From Williopsis jadinii (lineage: Eukaryota), in assembly GCA_024346625.1 (NCBI GenBank), contig AP024665.1, forward strand, positions 682,001-746,000: a DNA stretch of 64,000 nt, given 5' to 3'. This document shows, one piece after another, positions 25,282-34,483 of the stretch. Under the pieces are notes generated by a model. It saw only the letters and a list, made by a program, of their open reading frames with translations. It was not told the origin of the DNA and did no database searches. Within the stretch, counting starts at the first letter, position 1; every line of letters starts with the position of its first letter. The position numbers were made by a program, and so were the translations under genes.

Positions 25282-27549
25282 TCAATCACGAACAATTTCA
25301 TAGAAGAGCATATAGACTGCCCAATTCTCTTTCAGGACATCATCTTTTCTGGCTTCTGTTACTGTACTATCTGAGATTCTCCAGAATGGATACTTTGAAA
25401 CAGTTGATATCTTCTTGAAAGAGGTTGGATCTTGTGGTTGCTGACAAGGCGAAGAAGGTACGTGGTTTATACCGAGACTTCCAGTGCTTTCGCAGAGCTC
25501 ATCAAGATTGTTGGTCGGCGTCGATGAAGCGTTACGACGGCTTGTAGTTGATGGACTGGAGCTTAACGAAGAACGACGTGAGACCAAGCTTCCCAAACGA
25601 GTTTTGAATCTTGAAAAGTGTGAATCCTCATCAGAATCTAATCCATCTGCCGAACCACGAGAAATACTCTCATTAAAAGCTTGTTGAAGACCAGAGTGTG
25701 GTTTTGGCTGTACCACTGGTGATGGTGGTTGTGACGATGAGGCCGACTGAGACGGTTCCTCACCCCAATGAATGGTTGGAGAACGGTTGATAACATTGCC
25801 AGTTTCCTTATCCTTAACCAATTCCGGCTTATGACGATAACATTCGTAGTGACCCGCATTATGAGTTCCATTGTGTCTAACCATCGCTTTTAACCTATAA
25901 CGTGGATTTCCCTTTCTAGCGTTCAACTCCTCCGTAAACTCGTCATCCTCACTTGTCAATGAGCCTTCCTCACCGGCACCATCTTGCGAATGAAGAGATT
26001 CCTCAGTAGAAGAACCTGTCTTGTGAATTCCAGCTCCATCACCTTCTAAACTATCCGTCGTTTCAACATGGTCAACATGCTCAGAGCCCTCCTTATCATT
26101 ACTTTCCTCGTTATGTTCAGTTAAGATCTTGGAATGGATCTTCTTCAACTCCACTGGTTCATGTCTATCGTCATCGTAACCTTCAAGTTCATCATCAATG
26201 TCATCAGCAATGCTTGCAGTATCATCTTGCACGCTATTCAGATCACTAGGCGATTCACCATGCATTCTGATTCTAGATGTCTTCCTTGTATCTCTCTTTC
26301 TACTTTCGTATTCTGCTGCCAATGCCTTATCAACTTGGATATCTAACAGATCCGGAAATATCACATTGCAACCATTTCTCTGTATATGATTTGAGACGAA
26401 AACAGATCTGGAGAGGTGAATCGTCAACAGAGAAGGTGGTCTAATAATCAAGGTCTTCTTAACAATGGTTGAAAGTAAATTCTCTGTAGCGAAGCCCTCG
26501 AACTTGTAATTCTTCACAAATGAGTTGAGAGGCTCATCCAAGTCATCGTTAATGGTTAAACTTGGTTCTAGAATCTTCAACCTTGAGATGATGTGGGATT
26601 GCTCCTCGTCCAAGGCAACGTTCTTAGCCATCTTCTCATCCTCAACTTTCAATATGGCCCTAACTTTACATCTTAGACAATGATAACCGTTAATCGTCTG
26701 CAATTCGTTTGATCTGATCATGTTGTATAATGTAGCTCTCGTCTCCTGAGGCACTGATAGGGAGAGCACCGAGAACGGGTGGAATGAAGGCCTTGACGAG
26801 TTCAAACAAGAATAGCAGGTGAGTTGATCTGCAGCGAGTCCATCAAAAGGGAAATCAGGGACTGTGATGTTCAAAGCATTCTTGGCAACGTATTTCTTCA
26901 ACTTCTTATGTTCATTCCCCAGTGTTTCCACAATCAATTGAACCAGCTCTTGAGCATCGTTCTGATTTTGAGAGATCTTGAGGTTGAAGATCGCCTCGAT
27001 GACATGCAACAGTGGCCAAACAGAGATGTACTTTTTAGACTTGATGGGCTCTTGAAGCTGCTTAACGATCTTTGCCAATGCCTCGTGTAGACGTAGGCGA
27101 GGGACCTCATTCTGGTCGTCGTCAGTATGCGGTAGAGGCAGACATGAGATCAACGACTGATCTCTATAGATTTCGTTGAGGTATATCGTCAACTCCGGCA
27201 AGGATGCAAACGCCTGTATCGAGGAATTGGCAAAGCAATCGTTCCGGGTATTGATCAGCCCTGTGGTGTACTTATCCACTCTTTTGGAGGAGAACATCTT
27301 CTTCCGATCCTCTTCACTCGTTAGGTACCAAGCTACGGAAGGTGAAACAACGTATAGTGTAAGCAGTGAAACCGTCGTTAACAATAGCATACGCAGTCTC
27401 TCAGACCGTGTAGATAGCTTCCAATACTTCAGGTAAGCTCCGTGTAATAAGCCAGTCGAGAACCTCTGAATATAATCCTCCCTGGAGATTCTAATGACCG
27501 GTATCTGTTGTAACTTCGAATCACTGAACCAACGCTCTAACAGGGACAT
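25282..27549 (-). CDS. UBP16: Membrane-anchored ubiquitin-specific protease Ubp16 (USP30-like), 755 aa
   Basis: N-terminal TM segment, then KYTTGLINTRNDCF (Cys box), QNDAQE, HNGTHNAGHYECYR (His box), YPFWRISD, YMLFYE. Confidence 0.88.
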   Translation of the reverse strand: MSLLERWFSDSKLQQIPVIRISREDYIQRFSTGLLHGAYLKYWKLSTRSERLRMLLLTTVSLLTLYVVSPSVAWYLTSEEDRKKMFSSKRVDKYTTGLINTRNDCFANSSIQAFASLPELTIYLNEIYRDQSLISCLPLPHTDDDQNEVPRLRLHEALAKIVKQLQEPIKSKKYISVWPLLHVIEAIFNLKISQNQNDAQELVQLIVETLGNEHKKLKKYVAKNALNITVPDFPFDGLAADQLTCYSCLNSSRPSFHPFSVLSLSVPQETRATLYNMIRSNELQTINGYHCLRCKVRAILKVEDEKMAKNVALDEEQSHIISRLKILEPSLTINDDLDEPLNSFVKNYKFEGFATENLLSTIVKKTLIIRPPSLLTIHLSRSVFVSNHIQRNGCNVIFPDLLDIQVDKALAAEYESRKRDTRKTSRIRMHGESPSDLNSVQDDTASIADDIDDELEGYDDDRHEPVELKKIHSKILTEHNEESNDKEGSEHVDHVETTDSLEGDGAGIHKTGSSTEESLHSQDGAGEEGSLTSEDDEFTEELNARKGNPRYRLKAMVRHNGTHNAGHYECYRHKPELVKDKETGNVINRSPTIHWGEEPSQSASSSQPPSPVVQPKPHSGLQQAFNESISRGSADGLDSDEDSHFSRFKTRLGSLVSRRSSLSSSPSTTSRRNASSTPTNNLDELCESTGSLGINHVPSSPCQQPQDPTSFKKISTVSKYPFWRISDSTVTEARKDDVLKENWAVYMLFYEIVRD

Positions 27550-28181
27550 CAAACAGCAATGCTAGAGAGAACAACCTAATGGAGAAACAGCAAAAAACAC
27601 ACAGTCTCTCAACAGCAACCTTCAGCTGTACACTTCCTCCAGGCTTCAGAATAATAGCAATGAAGCTGAAGCTGTAGACAAGTGTAGTACTAACTCCACC
27701 AAAACGTTCACTAGTGACCCACTTTACCAGCACTCAATATACGCTGTGGATAGCTGCCTGGAGAGAAACCCGAGAGTGTTCACCACCACACCACTTTCCG
27801 TTCACCAAGCGCTGTGTTTAAAGGAGATAACTGAAGATTCTTCCTCTGTTGAAAGTCTTTCAAAGAGGTTTGTCTGTATGAATTGGAGGCCTTTGTGTAT
27901 CAACAACTGCAACAACACACACACCAGGCTTTATCACTGTGGTTGAGATGAGATCGAATAGTGGAGAGGTCTGTGTACTGTGGTTTGTAGAGAGAAATGT
28001 CCCCCAACCTGCCTGCTGACACAGCGTGGTGCAACGGCCTCGGCACACACCGCAGCCGTGTGCTCACTGGTGTTTGGATGTATAGGTGTCTGGATGTGTA
28101 TTCCCTCTCACTTCAACGTACATACAGTTATGAATAAAGTACTACACAGACACTTCGATATCACCATCTGTAACGCGAAGT

Positions 28182-28705
28182 ATGGACTTCAATAGGCTTA
28201 GAGGACAACCTGTACAGAGAGATAACAACGTGTCAAAGCTCAGGGCTCCAGCAGGCCCTCCAGGAGTAAGGTTCAACCCTCCAGATACTTCTTCATCTGG
28301 AATCGCAAGAGATGATGATAGAGGTTCTTCGACTTTCCCCATGGCAAATTCGTCTCAGAGGGCGCTGAGCTCAAGGAAGAAGGTTGTTCTGGAACCAGGT
28401 TGCTCACCCTTGGATTGGGCAAGGCTAACTTCATCTGGGGAAAACCTTCGAGGCATACAACCACAAGATTTCCCCATGAAAGTTGATAAGAAGACGTTGA
28501 GTTTGCACAACCACAGGACTGTTGGACAGTGTTGAAAGGCCGTGTCTATAACATAACATCTTATTTGCGATTCCACCCTGGTGGTATTGAGGAAATTATG
28601 AAGTGCGCAGGGAAAGATGGAACGTTGCTGTTTATGAAATACCACGCTTGGGTCAACTACGAAAGAATGTTGGAAAACTGCTTAGTTGGAGTGTACATAG
28701 GATAG
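28182..28705 (+). pseudogene. IRC21: IRC21-like cytochrome b5 domain gene interrupted by a frameshift near 28512-28517 (disrupted allele, assembly error or recoded gene)
   Basis: First frame has KKVVLEPGCSPLDW..LHNH and stops at 28535. The shifted frame 28517-28705 reads [41 protein letters not shown]. Adjacent to ABF2 as in S. cerevisiae. Confidence 0.85.
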
Positions 28706-28739
28706 ACCACATAGGATAGACCACATAGAGATCCACATA
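28695..28739. repeat. 14-bp tandem repeat ACATAGGATAGACC (two copies plus a degenerate copy) spanning the IRC21 stop
   Basis: Read directly from the sequence. Confidence 0.9.
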
Positions 28740-28803
28740 TTAATGATACAAAGTTTGCGACACTCAAAAGCTAGCTAGGGAAGAAAACGGGAACAACAAT
28801 TTC

Positions 28804-29436
28804 TTAGATTGAGTTCTTTGCCTCCTTCCATTTAGCATAGTCCTGTTTCCACACATCCATATCTCTTCTGGCCTCACCGTTGAAGGACTCTTGGATATCT
28901 GTGCTTAGTTTTCTCCACTCAGCACCTGCAAGTTTCACCAAGTCCTTTGTAGCAATACCTGGGTTGGCATTCAACAAAGCCTCTCTGTTCTCTTGGAACC
29001 ATCTGAAGTAACCAGACAATGGTCTTTTTGGAGGCGCATCCTTCTTAGCTTGTTCCACTTCGGCAGTGTAACGCTCTTTGTCAGTCTTCGCAGCACTCTC
29101 AAAAGGTGCCCTTTCGGCAGCATTCAATTTGCTCCATTCATCTCTCAAGATTTCGTTTCTCTTTGCAAATTCATGCGCCATAAGAGATTCCTTACCGGTG
29201 GCATAACGCTCCTTAACGTAGAAGAAGAAGGCTGGAACGGCTTTCTTAACACCTGACTTCTTCTTACCTTTCTTCTCCTTAGTGGCACCACTATCAGGCT
29301 TCTTTGTTGCGACTTTCTTCTTTCCTTCAGAGGTCTTCAACAGCACCTTCGCGGAGCTTGAGAATTGAGCAGTAGAGGCCAATGGAAGTGTACCTCTACT
29401 CAGTGGGAACACGGAAACTCTCAACAGTGACAACAT
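28804..29436 (-). CDS. ABF2: Mitochondrial HMG-box nucleoid protein Abf2 (TFAM-like), 210 aa
   Basis: Basic/hydroxylated presequence MLSLLRVSVF..; two HMG boxes (KKAVPAFFFYV..EWSKL and PPKRPLSGYFRW..GAEWRKLS). Confidence 0.88.
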   Translation of the reverse strand: MLSLLRVSVFPLSRGTLPLASTAQFSSSAKVLLKTSEGKKKVATKKPDSGATKEKKGKKKSGVKKAVPAFFFYVKERYATGKESLMAHEFAKRNEILRDEWSKLNAAERAPFESAAKTDKERYTAEVEQAKKDAPPKRPLSGYFRWFQENREALLNANPGIATKDLVKLAGAEWRKLSTDIQESFNGEARRDMDVWKQDYAKWKEAKNSI

Positions 29437-29722
29437 CTCTCTCTGTCTTTGCTTAATTGTTATGTTCTCTTGCAAATCTGTGTAAGGGAGAAGAGCACAA
29501 TTTATCCCTTTGTTTACATTTTCCACTTCACGAAAATATCGCGTTACCACGGTTATCGTATTCCAAAATCAGTACCCGATTAGGCAATCAATGGGCCATC
29601 CGATGAAACGCTACTAATATTAGAACTTCCATTACCTAATTTCTTCCCATTTATGATATATATATGAATGTGGTATATACTAGTATACATTGCTACCCAT
29701 GTAAGAATATCTCCTTACATGA

Positions 29723-31723
29723 TTAGAGGGTTGTCTTGCAACAAGAGGCAGCAGCTGGGTTAGCAGATGGGCCATTTGTTTCCTCGTAGTACTTTGACTT
29801 GTTGAAGTTGTTGTTAGCCAACGGAACATCCAAAGCCGGGTTTCTCTCAAAGAACGAAGCTGGGGAAACGAGGAATTGCATGAAATCGGAAGGCATAACT
29901 GGGAATTGTTCGGTGACTGGAGGGTGGGTCAAGACAAGCGTTGGCCAAACAACGGTATCGGTGTTTCTCACACTCTCATCCCTCTTGAGCCACACTCCCA
30001 AACCGGTGTCACTTGTAGATTGGTTGGTGAATTCACCAGCAGCGTACAGCTCATCATCTCTGTATTTGGTGACGAAGAATTGCTTCTGTGAAAAGGTTGC
30101 TCTCTTGGTGTTGAAGGAGTTCTTCTGTGCAAGCATCATTTGCTTGGCTGGCATCTCAAACTTGTAAGCAACTGGCTTACCAGTAACCTTGTTAATGACA
30201 TTCTCGTTGATAACCTTGTAAGTTCTGTTTGTGAATGGAGACTGCTCAATGTAACCAGGCTTTTCGATAATGGTTCTCTTACTAACATAACCAACATTGT
30301 ATGGGTTCAAGACCGGATCCTCGTCCATTGGCACATAGTCATCATAACAGACGGTGTTCTTGTCACCATCCAATCTAGTGTCGAATCTGAAGGACAACAA
30401 ATGTTGGTGGTAAGCAGCCATAACACCAGGACCAATGTTAGTACCCCATGGAACTTGAACACCTTGGTCAATTGGCATGGTGGACAAGATACCAGTGGCT
30501 CTGACTTGAACAGTGATTGCACCAACTTGGTCAAAGACAAAGTTGACAATGTACTCGTAGTTACCAACCGTGGCAATGGTCTGAATGACAAATTCACGAC
30601 GTCTTGTGACAATGGAGTTACCATTTCTGTAGTTGACATGCTTGAACAGGATTCCGTAATCTTGCTCATGGATACACACTGTGTTCGTCAACTTGATAGG
30701 CTCAGCTTCACGGTTGATACGCAAAGTGTCCAAGTACTTGATAACACCCAAACAGTCACATCCCAAGTTCAACTGGTTTGCGTTGACACCGAAACCACAG
30801 TCACCCAAGTCAAAGGCTTGCTTTCTGTGGAATGGAGCTCTTGGATCACCGTATGGAACAGTCATTTCGTTAAGAGCAATTCTGTAGAACAAAGAACGAC
30901 CTTTGAAATGAACGTCATAGAGCACAACACCTTCTCTAGCGTTGGTTGCAGCTCTGAACTCCCACCCTTGCCATGTGATTTTACCACCTTCAATGGTGAA
31001 AGAGGCACCTTCTGGCTGTTGAACAATGAGCGGCTTAATATCACGCAAAACAGTCTCACCGTTCAAATCTGGATGGTACTCCACTGCTGGAACTTCCATC
31101 CATGGTTGGGTTGCAACTGTCTTTTCGTCAAATCCAGCTGGCAAGTAGTCCATACGAACAAACTCCTTGGACAAGAGCTTAAAGACAGGACAGAACTTGA
31201 CAGGAAGAGAATAGTGGTTGGCATCCGGATGGTCCACTTTCAAATAAGTGTAACATTGGATCAAAGGCTCTTTGACGTCAAGGGAATCTGTACCGTACAT
31301 CCATGGGTCGATGGCAACCTTGATATGGGAAGGCAATTTCATCTTTGCAATCTCTGCAAGCACCTTTGGATGCTTCAAAGCCAAGTCTTCAATCTCCGCC
31401 AAATCTTCTGGAAGCAATGGACCTGCATTGACATCAGAGACTGGGGAAGTGGTGATGATATGGCCGTAAGTGACGTTAACGATCGCCTTGTACAAAGGCA
31501 TCTTGGAGTCCAAGTAGTAGTAGGCGTACGTTCTTCTGGCGATGGAAGGCAAGTCACCTCCGTAACGCTCAATGTCCAGGTACTTGATCATATCCTTCTT
31601 TGGAGGGTCCAATCTGTCCAACTGGGTGAAGTGAACATAACACCCGCTGTGGTGGTCCTTGATAAGCTTACCGGTGAGTCTGACCTCAGCGTCGGTGATG
31701 GAGTCGAATGGATGAAGTGTCAT
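29723..31723 (-). CDS. Copper/TPQ primary amine oxidase, 666 aa
   Basis: N-terminal HPFD, active-site AFDLGD, TPQ motif TVGNYEY, copper ligands HQH and THPP..QFPVMP. Confidence 0.95.
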   Translation of the reverse strand: MTLHPFDSITDAEVRLTGKLIKDHHSGCYVHFTQLDRLDPPKKDMIKYLDIERYGGDLPSIARRTYAYYYLDSKMPLYKAIVNVTYGHIITTSPVSDVNAGPLLPEDLAEIEDLALKHPKVLAEIAKMKLPSHIKVAIDPWMYGTDSLDVKEPLIQCYTYLKVDHPDANHYSLPVKFCPVFKLLSKEFVRMDYLPAGFDEKTVATQPWMEVPAVEYHPDLNGETVLRDIKPLIVQQPEGASFTIEGGKITWQGWEFRAATNAREGVVLYDVHFKGRSLFYRIALNEMTVPYGDPRAPFHRKQAFDLGDCGFGVNANQLNLGCDCLGVIKYLDTLRINREAEPIKLTNTVCIHEQDYGILFKHVNYRNGNSIVTRRREFVIQTIATVGNYEYIVNFVFDQVGAITVQVRATGILSTMPIDQGVQVPWGTNIGPGVMAAYHQHLLSFRFDTRLDGDKNTVCYDDYVPMDEDPVLNPYNVGYVSKRTIIEKPGYIEQSPFTNRTYKVINENVINKVTGKPVAYKFEMPAKQMMLAQKNSFNTKRATFSQKQFFVTKYRDDELYAAGEFTNQSTSDTGLGVWLKRDESVRNTDTVVWPTLVLTHPPVTEQFPVMPSDFMQFLVSPASFFERNPALDVPLANNNFNKSKYYEETNGPSANPAAASCCKTTL

Positions 31724-32037
31724 GATTTGATCGTGGATAATAAGCTGTACTACTAAAGACACAACTTGCAAGTGGAAGCTGGAGAGGGATCCGCTCATAT
31801 ATTTATACACAGACAGACAAATCCATATACATCAAGATCAACCCGATTAGCGACCGTGGAGGACGAGCACCGCAAGCACTATCCTAATCGGGAAGTGATA
31901 CATAAGGGAGCGCCATAAGCGCGCGGGCGGCACAGATCAAAAGGCCAAATGTATTTTTTTTCTTTTGCCGGGATTCGCTGTAACTCCAGTGATAGCCAGT
32001 GATTTCCGCTCCTCTTTATACGACCTTCCTTATCCGG

Positions 32038-32575
32038 CTAGTCGAAGAAATCGTCCTCGTCCTCGTCCTCGTTATCTGCTTGCGATGCTGTGTAGCTTGA
32101 CGATTTATCTCTTCTCGAGAAGACAATCTTGGTCTCATTACGTTTGGCCTCATCCCTTGCTAGCCCGTTGAGGATTTGTACAATGTCATCTTCTTGGATC
32201 TTTTGACGAACCTGTCCGCTCTGTACGAGTCTCATTATGTACTGCTCCACGGCCCTGGCGCGGTCAGGTCTAACCATGTTGACACGGGACAGACGTTCGC
32301 GTGCACTCGGTTCGAGGACCTGGCCCAGAGCTGCGTTTAACGGTTGTTCTCTAGAGAAAGAGTTCTGTTAGTCAGCATCCTCAGATCATTACTATGTGGT
32401 GGGTGCTGTCGTGGTCATGTCATCTCATCCCACCTCATCGCCATCCTCACACCACGAAGCCCAGCATTGGCCTCTTTATACACCTTGAAACTTACTCTCC
32501 ACCTTTTTGTCCGGCGTTCTTCTGAAGCTCTTGAAGTCTTGCGGCTCTTATAGCCTGTAGCTCGGCGTCATCCAT
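32038..32575 (-). CDS. SDD2: PDCD5 homologue; complement(join(32038..32350,32496..32575)), 130 aa
   Basis: Exon 1 MDDAELQAIRAARLQELQ; exon 2 QVLEPSARERLSRVNMVRPDRARAVEQY; acidic C-terminus. Confidence 0.9.
32351..32495 (-). other. Spliceosomal intron of SDD2 (145 nt)
   Basis: GTAAGT donor, GACTAAC branch (32367-32373), TAG acceptor; restores the reading frame. Confidence 0.9.
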
Positions 32576-32786
32576 ACTTAACAGTCGTCTTCCTTGCGAT
32601 TTGTGGTGTTCGTCCTAAGAGTTCCACTCTCGTTGTTGTCGTTACCCACGGCGTTTTCTTTCCCTCTCTGCCAACGACTGTAGAGCCCGCGAAAGTTTCC
32701 TAATTTGGATGGTACACAGTACAAGTTGCGCTATAAGATCACTCTCCATTGTAGTGTTAATGATGTTATATAGGGAGGGTAAAATT

Positions 32787-34324
32787 TCATGCTAAACCTC
32801 TCTGCTGTCTTGCCATAGCCTCTCTCCTTAGTCTCTGTAGCTGTGGCGAGTTCTGGTGTTCCTGAGTATCGTAAATGACCGGGTAGTTCTTATCTCCAAA
32901 GGGCCTGTCTCTCTTAACCCTAGCGAAGAAATTATCGTCATAGACATACCCTTCTAGTAAAGATGGGTCATCCTGGTGCTCATCAGTTTCATTGTCTTCA
33001 ATGGAATGAGATGTATACATGGACGCGTTGGCAACGGATTGCGCGTCTTCCTTGGAGCCGACAGTGAGCATAGAGTTCGCATAGATGGCCCTTGTAGATA
33101 CGTTCGCTGAAGCTATTGAGCCTGCTCTCGGTTTCACCAATAATGGTGTCTTGGAATTTGCAGCCCGCCCGCCACTGGCAGCTGTGCTGGAATTGGGCAA
33201 CCAATACTTCTGTCTGCCGGAATCTGTGAATCTCAATCCCTCGTTGAACCTCGCCATTCTTGATTTTGAAGTTGGATGTGCAATTAGGGCCTCAACGCTA
33301 TCAAACCGTCTATAGTCGTATTCATCACCTTGGAAAGTTGATTTGAAGTCATACAGGAGATCGCCCAAGCCAAATACATCCTTTAGAGCAGTAATAAATG
33401 GCAATCTACCACACCCCGGCAATGCCTCTGCTCTGTATTCTGTCCATGAGAACGAGTGCCAATGTCCAATGGCAAAGCCAATCAGCTCAACGCATAGTAA
33501 AGCGTTTTGGATGGCAAATCCCAAGGTATTCCCATCATCATATCCATCACCAGTTGAGTTGCTGGGTAGCACGCCTACCCAATTCAAAACTGCTAGTAGA
33601 ATACCCTGCCAGTAACTTGCAAAGATGATCAATTTAACACAGAGAAACTTCCCCCATGGATTAAACGGTCTCAAATCAGAATACATACACTTCCAAAACA
33701 ATGCCAAATCGTACAACGAAACACTCACGCTGATGTTGTATACCAAATTGATCACGAAGTAGACGTTTATCCCAGCAATGTCATTCAACCCAGTGATTTC
33801 AACAAGGGCAAACATCAAGCATATAATCGGCTTTAACCAAACGTATTGTAATATACCGCGTTTTATTGCCAACAAAGAAAACGGATCACTTATATCAACA
33901 GGGGGTAACACCTTGTTAAACGGTGGTGGATGGCTCACTGGGGGCCGCCCACTCGTCAATATCACAATGTTTCTCTCGCCCCCCAGCAGATGTGTCAACA
34001 GTGAAAAGAAAGTATATATGACAAACGCCTCGTAGATCTCCCTGATAGGCTCGATGATCAGGCTCAGCCTAAACGATCTCAATGAGATATAACAACTCAC
34101 AGCAAATAGCGGTATCATCAGCTGGATACGGACAACAAGCCTCTGCTGATAGGGCTTCCGATAGTTCACCAGCTGTCGCCTTATTCCCTCAAACGATATC
34201 AGCGAGGCAACCAGCGCACACAGTCCACACACGCCAACGATCAAACTGGGCAATGGAGATTAGTACACCGTGACAGCCAAGAGAAAACGAACAAAAGATT
34301 CACATACTGCGGAAGGACACCCAT
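32787..34324 (-). CDS. HFL1: TMEM184/OST-alpha family vacuolar membrane protein Hfl1; complement(join(32787..34245,34308..34324)), 491 aa
   Basis: Motifs NYRKPYQQRL, PIREIYEAFVIYTFF, GILQYVWLKP, KFLCVKLIIFASYWQ; multiple TM segments. Confidence 0.92.
34246..34307 (-). other. Spliceosomal intron of HFL1 (62 nt)
   Basis: GTATGT donor, TACTAAT branch (34259-34265), CAG acceptor; supplies the ATG (MGVLPH-LIVG) that the ORF lacks. Confidence 0.85.
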
Positions 34325-34483
34325 TGCTTCTCTCTATACGTGTGGGTTGGTGATGTAATTCTGGTGGATGGCATCCGCTTTGTCACATTTTGTGTATGTT
34401 TTTCTTGTCCTTTGTTGACAGGCGGAGAGAGGGTTATCTCCCTCGAAAAGTAAACAAGGACTCATCGAATGGAGACATAAATA

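Noticed and set aside
30140..31756. 538-aa + strand ORF antisense to the amine oxidase
   Set aside because: Same codon-bias artefact: in register with the sense codons and lying almost entirely within the oxidase CDS
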